A stretch of DNA of 64,000 nucleotides, taken from the NCBI RefSeq assembly GCF_009914755.1, contig NC_060937.1. One strand, written 5' to 3'. Position 1 is the stretch's first letter. Each line of letters starts with the position of its first letter. The notes below the pieces were generated by a model. It made no database searches. It was not told the origin of the DNA and was given only the letters and a program-made list of their open reading frames with translations. The translations under genes were made by a program, and so were the position numbers. The stretch is from the human T2T-CHM13v2.0 reference genome, Homo sapiens. This document shows positions 1 to 18,110 of this stretch, piece after piece.

Positions 1-490
1 TTGATTTTTCATCTTTGTGCCAATAGCACAACTATTTTACTGTTGCTTTCTAATACGTCCTCATTTCCAGTCATGTGAGTATAATCATCTTTTTCTTTTT
101 CTTCACAATTGTTTGGGTGTTTTAGGTCACCTACTTTTCCATATAAATTTGGAAATCAACTAGTCAAATTACACACACCGGATAGAAATTTGTTTGGAAT
201 TGCATTGAATTTATAGACTGGGGAGAATTGAATCTTTACAACATTGACTCATCCCACCCATGAACAGAGGTATTCTCTCATTTAGTTAGGTCCTCTTCAG
301 TTTCTCTTTACAATGCTTTCTCGTTTTCTGTATAGAAAGCTTGCATATTTTTGGTGAGATTTATTCCTAGATATTTGATATTTTATGGTTATTTAAATGA
401 TATCCCTTTAAAAATATTTTCTAAATGTTTTTTGTTGTTTTAAATACAGCTCATTTTATTTATTAATCTTGCAATTAGCAACTTTCCTAA

Positions 491-799
<309 letters not shown>

Positions 800-1032
800 T
801 AAACTCACTTATTAGTTCTACTAATTTATCTATAGATTCTTTTGGATTTTATGGTACATGATTACATCATATAAAAATAGTAAATTGTATTTTTTCCATT
901 TCAGTCATTTCTCTCCCCTAGCACTGGCTAGAACCTTCAGTACAGTGTAGAATTAGAAGTGGCAATAGCAGCCATCAACATATAGTTCCATTCTCCAGGG
1001 AAAGGCTTTCAACATCTCCCCAATTGCTTTAC

Positions 1033-1034
<2 letters not shown>

Positions 1035-1073
<39 letters not shown>
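1035..1073. repeat. (TG)n microsatellite
   Basis: About 19 perfect GT units. Confidence 0.95.
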
Positions 1074-1075
<2 letters not shown>

Positions 1076-1104
1076 CTACCATTTATCAGATTAAGAAATT
1101 TCTT

Positions 1105-1415
1105 GGCTGGGCACCATGGCTTACACCTGTAATCCCAGTACTTTCAGAGGCCCAGGATGGGCAGATCACTTGAGGCCAGGAGTTCGAGACCAGCCTGGGC
1201 AACATGGTGAAACCCTGTCTCTACTAAAAAATACAAAAATTTGCCAGGTGTGGTGGCACATGCCTGTAATCCCAGCTACTCCAGCTGAGGCATGAGATTC
1301 ACTTGAACCCAGGAGGCAGAGGTTGCAGTGAGCCAAGATTGCACAGTGCTCTCCAGCGTGGATGACAGAGTGAAACTCTGTCTCAAAAAACAAAACAAAC
1401 AAAAAGAAAAAAGAA
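1105..1415 (+). mobile_element. Alu (S/J)
   Basis: GGCTGGGCACCATGGCT start, dimer structure, A-rich tail. Confidence 0.9.
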
Positions 1416-3329
1416 ATTAGTTTGCTAAGAGTTTTTTTTTTTTTAAATCATGAGTGGATGTTGAATTTTTAAAGATTTTTCTGAATCTTTGAGATGATGT
1501 GGTTAATTACATTGATTAAGTGGTAAACCAACATATTCCTGGAATAAATGTAATTTAGTTGTGCTTTATTATTTTGTTAAATAATTATTAAATAATTTTA
1601 TTATTAAATTGCCAGATTCTGTTTGTTAATATTTTGTTTAGGATTTTCAAATTCATGTCATCTGGGAGAGTGGTTATAATTTTCCTTTCTCACAGTTTTT
1701 TCAAATTTTGGCTTCATAAAATGAGTTACATTTCATTTTCTCTATTTTTCTTCTCTGGGTAAATTTATGCATGCTGATTTTTTTCCTTCTTAAGTGTAAA
1801 GTGAAATTCACCAGTGAACGCACATTGGCCTAGAGTTTTCTCTGGAGAGAAGTCTTTAAATTATGGCTCAATTCCATATATAGAATGTTTTTATAATTTT
1901 ATTTCTTTTGCCAATTTTGGTAGATTATAGTTTTCCCAGCATTTGTCCATTTAATCTAACTTTGCAAATGTCTTGACATCAAATTGTTCACAATATCATT
2001 TTACCATTTTAATGTCTACAGAGGTGTTCCCTTTTTTATTCCTGACATTGCTTTCTTGGTGCCTTCTCCCCTTTTTTCTTTTGATTAGTCTCACCAGGGA
2101 TTTATCAATTTTACTAGTCTTTTAAAAGTACCAAATTTTTGGCCTTATTGGTGGTCTCTATTTTTTATTTCATCAATTACTATGATATTTAGTATTTTCT
2201 TCTGTAGTCCTTGGGTTAATTTGTTCTTTTCCTGACTTCTTGACATGGATAATTCTTAGAGTGTCAACCACTCTCTTTTCTATTTACCATTTAAGGCTAC
2301 AAGTTTTCCTCTAAGAATTGCTTTAGCTTCATTCCATAAATTTTTATTTGTATTGTTTTTATTTTACTTAGTTCAAACTATTTTCCAATTTTGACTGTGC
2401 TTGTTTTTTTTTTTTTGACCCATGAGTTATGTAGAAGTATACTTCCTTATTTCCAAACATATGAGAATTTTGTTTTTAAATTTTTGATTTCTGATTATAT
2501 TGTGTTGTGGACACAGAACATACTATGTATTTTTTTCTTTTAGTTCTTTGAAATTTGTTTAGACTTGCTTTACGGCCCAGAATATGGTCAATACTGTCAA
2601 ATGTTTTCTGTACATTTGAAAAGAACATGTATTATGCATTGTTGAGAACAGTGTTCTATGTACATCTATTTGTTAATTATTTTATTTAACCCTTCTATAT
2701 TCCTACTGATGTTCTACTTTTGTTTGATTGAATTTTAATAATGTAATTCTTTCCTTCTCACCCTCTATCATTACCTTCAAAGTCATATACTCATTTTCTG
2801 TTTTTAGTAATTACTGTAAAGATTTCAACCGCATCCTTGACTTAGCTATTATTTTTTGTTTATGTTGAGCCTGCATCTAGAAATCTTCCTAAACTCTCTC
2901 ATTAGATTAAGGAGCTATTCTGTAGACTTACTTACTATACTGACTTTCTACACTGTTTAGGCTCTGTAGTATATTGTTAAATGGAAGCAAAGAAGAGAGG
3001 ACATTTTTGTTTAATTCCAGGCTTTGAAGAAAATGCTGTCAATATTATGTCATTAATATGATGTTCCTGGTAGGTATTTGGGTAGATTCTCTTTGTTGAG
3101 TTAAGGAAGTTTCCTAGTTGTTGTTAATTTTTAAAGTCACAGGTGCAGGCTGAATTTTAGTGAATGCTTTTTCCTACACTAATTGAGATAATTGTAAGGT
3201 GTGTCTTCTTTAATTGATGAATATGATAAATTGCATTAACATAGATTTCTGATATAGGATGATTCGTATTCTTTTATTATGTTTTTTAATGGGCAAAAGA
3301 CTTTTATTCTTTTTGAGCTTAGATTTTTG

Positions 3330-4275
<946 letters not shown>

Positions 4276-4289
4276 AGATACAATCAATT

Positions 4290-4570
4290 TATGATCCTGG
4301 GAGAGCAAGAAGCAAGGAGCCAGCAAGTCTGGACACATTCCAGAGGCCACGAAGGGTTTTATGCCCTGAGCCCTGGATTCCATCCAAGCCACGAGGGGTT
4401 TTATGCCCTGGGCTTAGGTTGTAGTGCGGCAGGGCAGCCTTCCACTCTTAAGTACAGAGCTTGGTGTTCCATAGGCCACAAGAGGTTTCAAACTCTGGAC
4501 CCAGGACATGTTCCAAGACTCTTTATATTATGTCAGACTAGCAAGTGTTGCCTCAGCTTTTCGCCCAACA
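4290..4570 (-). mobile_element. Partial LTR3-type (HERV-K HML-6) LTR
   Basis: Minus strand begins TGTTGGGCGAAAAGCTGAGGC and shares sequence with the solo LTR at 18483; family name from recall. Confidence 0.7.
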
Positions 4571-4669
4571 ATTGGACTGATGAGATGCTCCACTGTGCCC
4601 AAGCATCATGGGTTCTTAGAACAAGGCCCTGCACGCACCAAATATGTTCCTGTCACCACAGTCCACTAG

Positions 4670-4950
4670 CCCTTCAACTATAAATGTGCACAGGAGTCGC
4701 CTGGGGGCCTTGCTAAATAAAATGCAGCTTCTGATTCAATAGCCTCGAACAGGACCAGAGATTCTGCCTGTCTTGATGAGCTCCTGAGTGAGGGAGACAA
4801 TGCCAGTCCACAGACTCACACTTTGAGATACAGCACCTGGGCCACTGTGTTCAAATATGCTTGATAACCTGGAGCACCTATTAAATATCCAAGTTGCCAG
4901 GATTTTCTTCTGGAAATCTTGATTCAGCATGTTTTGGATGGAGCCTTGGA
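4670..4950. mobile_element. MER5-type hAT fragments
   Basis: ttgctaaataaaatgcag...ctgattcaatag...cacactttgag motifs; boundaries approximate. Confidence 0.55.
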
Positions 4951-5088
4951 CGTTTGGGAAAACTAGAATTTCTTTCTTTCCCTTTAGACAAAAGTCAACT
5001 ACTGCTGAGGCACGGGCTTAATAAATGTTGACTAAAATATCCAACTCAACGACCAATCCTGTGTAATTTTCAAACTGTGTCAGTAACT

Positions 5089-5582
5089 TGCTGGGTCCAA
5101 CCTCCATACCCTGGCCGTGTGACGGATGAAGAAATGCACTCAGACACAGGTATCCCATGAAACAGCAGGCTAGGGGACCGGCAGCTCCCAGACACTGAGG
5201 AGGGTGCTGTAAAGAGTCAGCAGCTGTGGCCCTGACAGGCTGGGGCTCCAGGCATTTATTCAGTACAGATTTAAGGACAAAGGTCTTAAGTAAACACCAC
5301 TAGAGGGTAATTAACATTGCTGACCTCCCAAGTAGACGGCAGTCACGTGCCTGCAGATTATCAAAGGTTGATCTTAGGACCACATGAGTAAACAAGCCAT
5401 TTAGATAAACTCCTCTACATTCCTATGTATCTACGCCCTAAGCTTTTAAGAGAATTCAGCTGCCTTCAGCCAAATCTTTTACTGAAGCTATGCAAACCTC
5501 CTGGCCTTCCAAGAAGTTTTGTGTCTGTTTCCTACAACTTAATTTTTATAATTTCTCCCACCACCCTGACAGATCCCCTACA
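5089..5582 (-). mobile_element. LTR22-type (HERV-K HML-5) solo LTR
   Basis: Minus strand TGTAGGGGATCTGTCAGGGTGGTGGGAGAAAT...CA with internal AATAAA; family name from recall. Confidence 0.75.
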
Positions 5583-5715
5583 AAAGATCATGTTTCTTCT
5601 CAGATTGCTCAGTCCAGCTGAGCCAGCTTTCCACTGGACTCCTGAATGTGAGAAGGACACAGGCTCCCAGGACTATCCAGAAGCATCTCTCATCACCTTA
5701 AAACTCTGAAACACC

Positions 5716-6325
<610 letters not shown>

Positions 6326-6383
6326 CATAAAAAAATCAACAAAAAAAATGAGACACAGAAAACTGAAATATTTTAAGTTTCAT

Positions 6384-6389
6384 TTTATT
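6384..6389 (-). terminator. PARP4 polyadenylation signal AATAAA (about 170 nt after stop)
   Basis: TTTATT on + strand; U/GU-rich sequence follows on the minus strand. Confidence 0.75.
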
Positions 6390-6556
6390 ATTGCTTGTTA
6401 GTTGATTAAAGTAATTCTTCTTCCACTTAATTTTTAAAGACAGTAATTGCTACACTGAATGAAACCTTAATGAAGTTTCATTATAAGTATCTATTATCAT
6501 TTGATTATTTTCTACATAGAAGCATGCAAAAAGTTTAAAATTCAGTTTCATTTGAC

Positions 6557-6752
6557 TTAGCCTTGACTGTAATGGAGGACTCTATGAAGAGGGGACACAG
6601 TGCTTATGGGCTGGAGTCCCAGCAACTGCTTGGTGGCAGAGTCCCAGTCGTTCCCCAGTTCAAGCCGTGGGCAGATAGATGGGTACTGTCCTTCAGTTCT
6701 TCTTACCCATTCACTTGCTTGCTTTATTGCCTCAAAAGCCCAGGGAATATTC
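6557..6752 (-). CDS. PARP4: PARP4 exon 34, coding part with stop codon
   Basis: (R)NIPWAFEAIKQASEWVRRTEGQYPSICPRLELGNDWDSATKQLLGLQPISTVSPLHRVLHYSQG-TAA; AG acceptor 6753-4. Confidence 0.96.
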
Positions 6753-7514
6753 CTAGATTAAAAAAAAAAGTTTCAGATTTCAGAATATAACATGTGAAAT
6801 GTAATGTGGTACTAAACCCATCACATTATATCAGACAAAATGATTCTGCCAAAAATTAAGATATTTAATAAAAGCAGTTTTCCTTGGCATCTTACGGAAG
6901 TTCTTCTGCCCGTCTGACCTTGAGCTTATGCACTGCATTGTCAAGTGCCCTGTGCCCGCCACCTCCTGGCTTCCACGTGCCTCCAGGCATCCCTGCTGCC
7001 TGCAGCACAGCTCACGTTCCAGCCGCTCTACAGTTGTTTATGGTTGTCCCCTTTCCACGCTTCTCAGTCTAAATCCTATCCATTCTTCACGCACAAACTC
7101 AAGTACTATTTCACAAATGAGGCTTCTGTTTCTCTCTCCTTCCCACTGTACTGACTTGATTAGGTACCTTCAGAATATCTGAGAGTCCCCCATGAAACTG
7201 GCATACATTCAGTTGTGTCACGTAAACCAGGAACAACTTGGTAGAATAAGCATATCGAGTCAAGTCTGTGTCCACTAAATGGTGTCAAATATTTGAGACT
7301 GTTGAATATTCAAGTCTATTCAACACTCAGAAAAATTCTGAGGTTGTTCATTAATATTAATTAGCTACTTCCTCATTTGTTCTCTCATCTGCTAGAACTT
7401 GTTAGTGAACAAGGGGCAACATATACCAAAGTTCTTCAGAAAATTCTATGGGGAAACTTAATATTTTGAAAATTCTCTCCCTGTTCCTGAATTTTCCCTG
7501 TGAACTGGGAAAGG

Positions 7515-7750
7515 GCCGTCAGTATAGCGTGGTGGTTAAGAGCTGGGTTTGAGTCCTGACTCTGCAATAACATGATATTGGCCATGTGATACTGTGTGGC
7601 TTTCATTCAACACTGGGAATCTCAGTTTCCTCAATTATGAGAATAACCTGAGGTCCTATGGGTTTGTGGTGGAAATCAACAAAGCTTACAAACTTAACAT
7701 GCTTACTAGTCCCTAGTGCACAGTAGGCACTCAATAAATGTTCGCTGAAT
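7515..7750 (+). mobile_element. MIR
   Basis: gtatagcgtggtggttaagagc...ctcagtttcctc core, ending cagtaggcactcaataaatg. Confidence 0.75.
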
Positions 7751-8055
7751 GTCATGATACTAAATCATGATGAACATACTAAATAAGAAGCATGCCCAAA
7801 GTGGTTAAAAGACCAATGTTTCCTAGTAAATATTCATCTACTGATAGTTACTAACTGCTGAAAACAACAAAACTGGCTTTGAATATTTTTACTGATTGGC
7901 CTCTACACTTTTTGGTTCACATTCCGCTAGCAAGAAAATCTTGTGCCTACACCCCCATATAATGTGCTCTTGCATCAATGTTATGTACATCCTGAAATAG
8001 AAAATATAGAACAAAGTTTCAAATATGCAATAAACAGGAAATAAAAAATATTTAA

Positions 8056-9563
<1,508 letters not shown>

Positions 9564-10098
9564 AGAACTTCCTGAACACCTGTTTTGTGTTTGAGAACTT
9601 TTTCTTAATCATGACACTTAAAAAATAATTATCAATATTTCTTTAATATCATAAAATATCCAGGTAGTGTTTAATTTTTCCTATCTCATTTTTTTAAATG
9701 CAGTGGGTTTTGTTTGTATCAGGACCTAAACAAGGTCTACCCTTGCTTTTGGTTGATATGTCTCTAAAGGTTTATTTACAGGTTCTGCTCCTCAACCTTT
9801 TTTTTCTATTGCCATTTATTTTTCTCTTGCCATTTATTTCCCCACATTCCAGACTTCGCTGACTGCATTTCCATGGTGTCAAGTAACATGTTCCTCTATT
9901 CTCTGATCTAATTCAAGTTTAGAAATCAAGGGGTTTTGTTTAACTTCTTTGATTTTATACATATTAGTTTCTAACAATATTAATATCTACCTTCCAAAAT
10001 AACAAATCAAAAGTATTATTAACACCATGACTACTCCCAGTGAGATTTCTTTGTAATATTTTTTAATCCTTAGGTACTATCCCACTAGAGAGATATAG

Positions 10099-10420
<322 letters not shown>

Positions 10421-10456
10421 AGTACTATGTTTTAAATTCACCTTAAATTAATTCCC

Positions 10457-10771
<315 letters not shown>

Positions 10772-10942
10772 TTATTATGTAAAATATTTACACAGTTCCA
10801 AAGTCAAAACTGCAAAACAAAGCACACTAGGAGAAACCTAGCTTCTATCTTTGTCCCCTCTATCAAATCCCCGTAGCAATAATATTATTAGTTTGATTAG
10901 TTTTCCCCTTATCTTGCCTTTAAAAGAACATAAGCCAATTAC

Positions 10943-11048
10943 ATGTGTATGTATATGTGTATATGTGTATGCATGTGTGCATGTGTGTGTGTGTGTGTGT
11001 GTGTGTATATCTATATCTATATCTATATCTATATCTATATCTATATAT
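10943..11048. repeat. Compound microsatellite (TG/TA)n-(TG)n-(TATATC)n
   Basis: Seen directly. Confidence 0.92.
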
Positions 11049-11901
11049 CTCAGAGGGATCCTACTCTGGTCTTGACCCTCTTGCCATGGGGTGGGGGGTC
11101 TGTAGGGACAAGAGAATATGCCCACCCCAGAGCCCATATCCTCCTTTTTAGACCCTGCAACTCCAGCATCCCTGACCACATGGCCCTGAGTCCACTTCCA
11201 GGGTCTTCCCTGGTCTGTCATCCTGAGTTTGAACAGTGTTGCCATCTCACTGGTGCTACAAGGTGGCTGGTGTGAGGGGGCACTGGCATGGGGTCTGGAT
11301 GGCATTTTGATGGGTGGGGTGGGGTATTCACGTTTGCAGGCAAACCCTCTTAGGGTGCTAGGGGTCAACCAAGGGCCGAATTTGAACCTGGCCTTCCAGG
11401 TGGTTATGAAGTTGTATTTGCCAAGGGAGGAGATTAGAACACATTTAATCTAATAGTTTGCTAGTTTGATTTATAACTTTTAAACACTTGTTATAAACTA
11501 TAAAGTTATAAACTTTAAATACTTGTATTGTATTCTTGTCCCAGGCCCTGCCATTGTTGGGAACAGGGCTGGGCCCAACAGTCACATTGTGGGTCTTCTG
11601 GAGGCACCCAGGATCAGCAGACTGCAGTGAAGAGTACCACATCCAGAGCCCAGAAGCGCCAGCCTCCAGCGGGAGCTGCACTGAAACTCTTTGAGCCCAT
11701 TTCCTGTGCAGCCCAAGGCACAAATACATCAGCCCTGCCCGCCACAGGAGACTATGGGCAAGCTGTCACCTGCAAACAAATTCTCTTGCTACATACTTAT
11801 AGTGTACACATGTAAGATAATTCCCTATAGCTGTTTCTAAGGTTTATTAAATAAATAGTTGAAAATATAAATAAGTTGCATAATACTATAGTTAAAGCCA
11901 C

Positions 11902-12034
11902 CTGGAAATAGAAGCGTCATCCATTTTCATCAGTGATTTGAACACTATTCCCTCTTTTTCCAACCTGGTGCGAATAAACTGTAGTACCAGCATTGTGGCA
12001 ATTAGGTCCAGGAGACATTCTCTTCCTTTTACAC
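11902..12034 (-). CDS. PARP4: PARP4 exon 33
   Basis: (G)VKGRECLLDLIATMLVLQFIRTRLEKEGIVFKSLMKMDDASIS+AG; 133 bp; AG/GTGGCT. Confidence 0.95.
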
Positions 12035-12126
12035 CTAAAAGGAAAAAAACTCCGTTAAGTCTGTTGGAAACTCTGCATCTCAAACTGTGCCTGTTTATAA
12101 AATTCTCATTAAAGAATTACAATACG

Positions 12127-12371
<245 letters not shown>

Positions 12372-12805
12372 TCACAGTACATGAGCAGATCGTGAAACTC
12401 TAATACTCTTCAAGGTCCTTAAATGGTTTGCTGTTTAAATAAAAAATGAGGACAGTTAGACCCGTGTGCCTATGATATTATCCTGATCATTGTCAGGAAA
12501 CTGAACTGTATCCAGAGTGCCCCTCACTTGCCATCTTCAATAACCAAAGAGCCATGAAGTTCACTAAAAGAAATCCAGTTTTTAGGCTCCTGTTACAAAT
12601 AGCTTAGAAGAGTAAACCTAAATATTCAACAGATAAACAACAGATATGACTAATTACACTGGTGTATCAAATTATTTCTAGTGGTTAGTACCTATAGGTA
12701 TCCAAGATATTTTACTATATTATGAAATATCAAAATTGAAAAATGAATGTTTACATGTGTTGAACTCAATTAACAACCCATTTTCATTTTAAAAATCCAA
12801 GCTTC

Positions 12806-12971
12806 TTTTTTTTTTTTTTTTTTGGAGAAGACAGGGGCTCACTCTGTCATGCTGGAGTGCAGTGGGTGTGATCAGAGCTCACTGTAGCCCCCAACTCCTG
12901 GACTCAAGTGATCCTCCTACTTTGGCTTCCCAAAGTGTTGAGATTATAGGCAAGAGCCACAACACATAGCC
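12806..12971 (-). mobile_element. Alu monomer (FRAM/AluJ-like)
   Basis: Poly-T plus single Alu arm. Confidence 0.8.
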
Positions 12972-13944
12972 AAAAAATGGTTTTAGGGAAGAAAAGAAAA
13001 ACCCAAATCTTTGTCTTATAATTAAGAATATACAATTACTTTTTTTGAGTAAAGACAAAAGGACTTGGCATAGTATGTACATATCTGCATATACACCATT
13101 AATTTTACATCGTTGAGGTAGCCAAAACTGCTCGTAAGTGGGCTTTTATTAAATAATATAATGTTCTTAATAGAGGAAAAAGGAATTGAATACATTTTTA
13201 AAAACAAAATAACAAAACCAATCCATTGTCCCACAAAAGAAAATCAGTGGAGACAAAAGCAGTTTAATTTGCTGGATTCTTTTGTGGCTTATTTTTTGAG
13301 TATTATTTACAAAATGTTAGACTAATTTTTAAGCAATATTAATAATAAGCAACATACAACTCCAAGAATAATATAATAAATAATAAACTGATGAAATACC
13401 TAATGTGTATCAACGTCATTTAAAAAACAAATTCAGAAGGAGAGGGGATGATAAAAGAGAAATGAAGAAGAGGATAAAAGACAAAGTTGGGTACAGAGAT
13501 ATAAAAACAAGTCAGAGAAAAAAGACAGCTTGAGACTCTACGTCGAAGAAGGAAGGCAGAAAAGCACACGCTTACAGAAAAATAACACAGATAATAGGGA
13601 GCAATACAGTGAAACACAGGAAAAGCCCATGGATAAGGCACATCCGTGAAATCCCATCCCCTTGCATCTGTGACTCAATTTTCTCCAGTTTTCCTCTTGT
13701 TTCTCAGGCCGCTCCTTCTCAGCGTCTTTGCTGTTTCTTGTCCAGTCTGAACACTAAACCCTGCTGTGCAGCAGGCTGGTCCTAGCACCTGCTCTGCTCA
13801 GTCCACCTTCTTTCTTTGGGTGATCTCATCCAGAGCCAGGCTTTAAATACTACTAACGTTGAGAATTTTCCCAGTCTTTTCCAATTCTGACCTCTTCCAT
13901 GAGCTCCAGCCTCACATGACAATATATTTATCTTGAATTTTTAT

Positions 13945-14207
13945 CTCACTTTGTCACCTGGGCTGGAGTGCAGTGGCACAATCACTGCTCACTGCAGCCT
14001 CAACAACCCAGGGCTCAGGTGATCCTCCCACCTCAGCCTCCTAAGTAGCTGGGACCACAGGTACACGCCACCATGCCTGGCTAATTTTTGTAGAGATGGG
14101 GTTTCACCATGTTGGCCAGGCTGGTCTCGAAATCCTGAGCTCAAATGATCTGCCCCCTTTGGCCTCCCAAAGTGCAGGCATTACTGGTGTGAGCCACCGT
14201 GCCTGGC
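13945..14207 (-). mobile_element. AluJ
   Basis: Antisense Alu dimer lacking tail. Confidence 0.85.
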
Positions 14208-15590
14208 TTATCTTTGGTTTTCAACAGTTTGACTCTGGCCTATCTAAATGTGGTCATTTTTGTATTTATAGTGCTTGGAGTTCTGCTGAGTTTGTTGGAT
14301 CTGGAAGGTGCTGTCTTTGATCAACTTACAAAAATGTTCAAATATTTTTCTATCTAACCTTTCACCTTCTGAAACCCTAGTTACACAAATGTTAAACCTT
14401 TTGATATCATTCCACAGTCTTGGCTCCTCTGTTATTTTTTCATTCTATTTTTTTTCTTTCTATATTTCAGTTTAGGTAAGTTTATTGAGTGCATTGTCAA
14501 TCGAATTAAATGATTTTTTTCCTGTTCTGTCCATTCTGTTGTTAAGCTCATTCAATGACCTTTTCATTGCAGATACTATATTTTCCAGTTCTAGGATTTT
14601 AATTTGGTTTTTCTTTATAGTTTCCATCTATTTGCTGAGATTCTGCCATTCACCCATTCCATCCTTTTCTGGTAAGTCAATCCTTCACTATATTTTTAAT
14701 AGCAGTTTTAAAGTCTGTGTCTGCTAATTCTAACATCTGGGTCATCTGTGGGTCAGCATTTATAGCCCATTTTCCCCTTGATCACGATCATATTGTCCTG
14801 CTTCTTCGTATGTTATTAAATTTTCATTCCATACTGAACATTAAAAATGACACCTTGTAGAGACTCTCAGCTATGCTATCTTACTCTAAAGAATGTTCAG
14901 TTTTGTTCTGGTAGGTCCTGTGTAGGCTTTGTTTTAGGCTTTATTAGGATGGGTCTATTTTGGCTTATCCCTATGTCCTGGGGTATAGTCCTTGATCATG
15001 AGATATGATCCTTATGACCCTTTTATGGTTTCAATGGAAAGATATTTATAAAGTCTCTCTAATTTGGTGCCACTTGAACTCTAAACTCTGGCCAGTACTA
15101 GGCAGCAGCTGAAATCTCTGCTTAGCTCTGTAGCTTCCCAGCTGTTGCTTTTTTCTGGATTCCTTGAGGTTGCACCTGTATATGTAGAGGTTAGGAGACA
15201 GCCAAGGATCTGAGGGGTATCTGGATGCAGATTTCAGAGTTCCCTGCTCTGTGGTACCCTCCTTTATAGGATTTTAATCCTTAACTTCCAGCCACTTTGG
15301 CAACCTTAAACTCCAACCCCATGTCCTCATCCCGTTAAGACTTTCTGTTTTAGTTCAAACATCCCATTGTGTCTCATGAGCTGAGAAATGCCTTTAGGTG
15401 ACAAGCTGGATACGTGTGGAGCCCACCTAGTTGGCTTTCTTTCTTTCAAAGATTATGTTCACTCTAGTTTCTGCCTGTTTTTGATTATTCTCCTGGCCTT
15501 CAAAGAATGGTTTTAAATATTTTATTCAAAGTTAATAACTGTTATTGGCAGGAGAGTTAGTCAGATAGAGGCTCTTCTATTATTCCAGGA
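14208..15590 (-). mobile_element. Old L1M 5'/ORF1-region fragment
   Basis: ttttccagttctaggattttaatttggtttttctttatagtttcc-type antisense L1M ORF1 sequence. Confidence 0.65.
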
Positions 15591-15786
15591 ATAAGCACTC
15601 ACTCCTCACGTAAATTGTCATCACCCCTTTTTGGCCTAGTGCAGGTCAAACAGGCTATGCATTTGCCCACCCACCCAGCCTGGAATATGAAAACTCTGGC
15701 ATTTTAGAGGTGATGGTGGGGCAGTGAGACGCTGCTGCTCTATCTATCCATGAATATTGGCTAGTTGTTTAATAATGTGTATTTTA

Positions 15787-16108
<322 letters not shown>

Positions 16109-16811
16109 AGCTCCTGTCCTAGGGCTAGCATTTGACCTTCAAACCACTTGCTGGGTCAAGGATGCTCAGGACTTCCTCATCTATCCCCTTGTTGTCATGA
16201 TAGGAAACAGGTCCAGAGGTTGAACAATTGCCTCTGGCAGAGGCTGGCTAGGAGCTCATCAGAGCTCTTTTCTCCTCCTGGACACGCAGCTTAACAGTAC
16301 ATTTCTCAGGCCTTCGTACATGGATGGGGCTATGTGACTAGTATTCTTCCTCTTGTCTAGCAGGGGGATGATGCCAGGGTAATCTTTGTTCTTCTCTCTT
16401 ACCAGGATAATTTTAAAGACATATATTGAAGATGGTGGAGCCACAGTATGGAAGGAGTCAAGGTCTCTAAATGACCACATAAGTGGAACTTTCTTCCTGA
16501 CCAATACTTGACTGTGATACGGACAAAAAAGTAATCTTTGATTACCATGTTAAGCTTCTGAGATTTTTTTTACAGCACTTGGTGCTATTTATGCTAATAA
16601 ATTTGCTCAGATAATACCCTAATTAGTGGTAAAAATATGACTAGAAACCCATCTCCCATTTCCTTTAATGGTTAAATATAATTCCATTCGAATATAACTT
16701 TCATAATTATTACATTAATACACTAGCTTACAAAACAGTTTATAACAATTAGGAGCATGCTTATTAATGAATGAAAATAATGACTTAATAAATGGAAACA
16801 TAGTGCCTTAC

Positions 16812-16911
16812 CTAGAGATTGAATGCCTTTTTGTTTAAGAAAGCTGTGCAAACCATTTGTATTAAGATTTAATATAAGTCCCAGTTCTGGTGTAAGTTTC
16901 CAGAAGCCATC
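16812..16911 (-). CDS. PARP4: PARP4 exon 32
   Basis: DGFWKLTPELGLILNLNTNGLHSFLKQKGIQSL+G; 100 bp; AG/GTAAG. Confidence 0.96.
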
Positions 16912-17329
16912 CTACAAAATTAAGGAAACAAAAATAAGTTATGTTATTCACATTTTATCACATAAGAAGTTACGTAGTGGGGGAAGGAGTGGGGCAAGGG
17001 TTGAAAAACATATTTTCACTACTTGGGCAACAAGACAATTAGAAGCCCAAACCTCAGCACCACACGGTATGCCCATGTAATAAACCTGTACGTGTACCTC
17101 TGCATCTAAAATAAAACTTTAACAAATTAAATGAAAAAAGAAGTTATGTGATAAATGTTTCCATTTATTTCAGTTAATTAAGGCATTTCTAACATTTTTA
17201 CTACTGTAAAATAAAGTTCTTCATACACTAGTGACATAGTATTGTTTGGAACCTCATAAATGCTATGAACACTACATATCTGGTGGCACTTATAAAAAGT
17301 GTGGAAAGAGGCTCATGGGTAGAGATTTT

Positions 17330-18110
17330 TTAATTTTTATTTTAGTAGAGACGGGGTTTCACCGTGTCAGCCAGAATGGTCTCAATTTCCTGACCTCATG
17401 ATCCACCCGCCTCGGCCTCCCAAAATGCTGGGATTACAGGCGTGAGCCACCATACCCGGCCGAGATTTTTTTAAATGGTACTTTTTTCCTTCTAGCAATG
17501 CTTTATTTCATTTTTTATTGATACATAATACTTGTATGTATTTTGACATACGCATGATATTTTGATACATGCATAGAATGTAAATAATCAGGTCGGGGTG
17601 TTTAGGATCTCCATCAGCTTGAACATTTATCATGTCTTTGTGTCGGCAACATTTCAAATATTTTCTTCTAGCTATTTTGACATATACAATGTATTGTTAA
17701 CGATAGTCACCCTACTGGGTTGTCAACTAGCAATGAGCATTGAACCGGTATTTCTCAAGCTTTTAAAGTATATGTCATGCATGATTCCCTCTTTAAAAAA
17801 AACCCACTTTATTGAAATATGTTGGACATACAAAAAGTCACCAATATTTAACGTATACAACTTGATGTGTTTGGAGTTAAATATACACCTGTGAAACCAT
17901 CAAACCATCACTTATCAATGCCATGAACTTAGCCACCACTCCCAGAACTTTCCTTCCACCCCTTTTGCTTTGTTTTGTTCCCTTTTGTGGAAAGAGTACT
18001 TAACATAAGATAGACCTCTTAGCAAATGCTTCAGTATACCACATCGGATTGTCAATCATAGGCCCTGTATTGTACAGTAGATCTCCAGCATGATTCCTTT
18101 GGTTTAACAT
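17330..18110 (-). mobile_element. Alu monomer (about 17330-17461) followed by L1M 3'-end fragments
   Basis: Alu left arm, then tgatacatgcatagaatgtaaataatc-type L1MA 3'UTR. Confidence 0.7.

Noticed and set aside
4346-4412. Direct repeat GCCACGA(A/G)GGGTTTTATGCCCTG
   Set aside because: Lies inside the LTR3-type element and is most likely intrinsic to it
10838-11368. 176-aa ORF with DIDIDI/HTHT runs
   Set aside because: Produced by the compound microsatellite
13059-13400. AT-rich unique stretch resembling a 3'UTR with AATAAA
   Set aside because: No ORF, splice site or recognisable homology to support a feature
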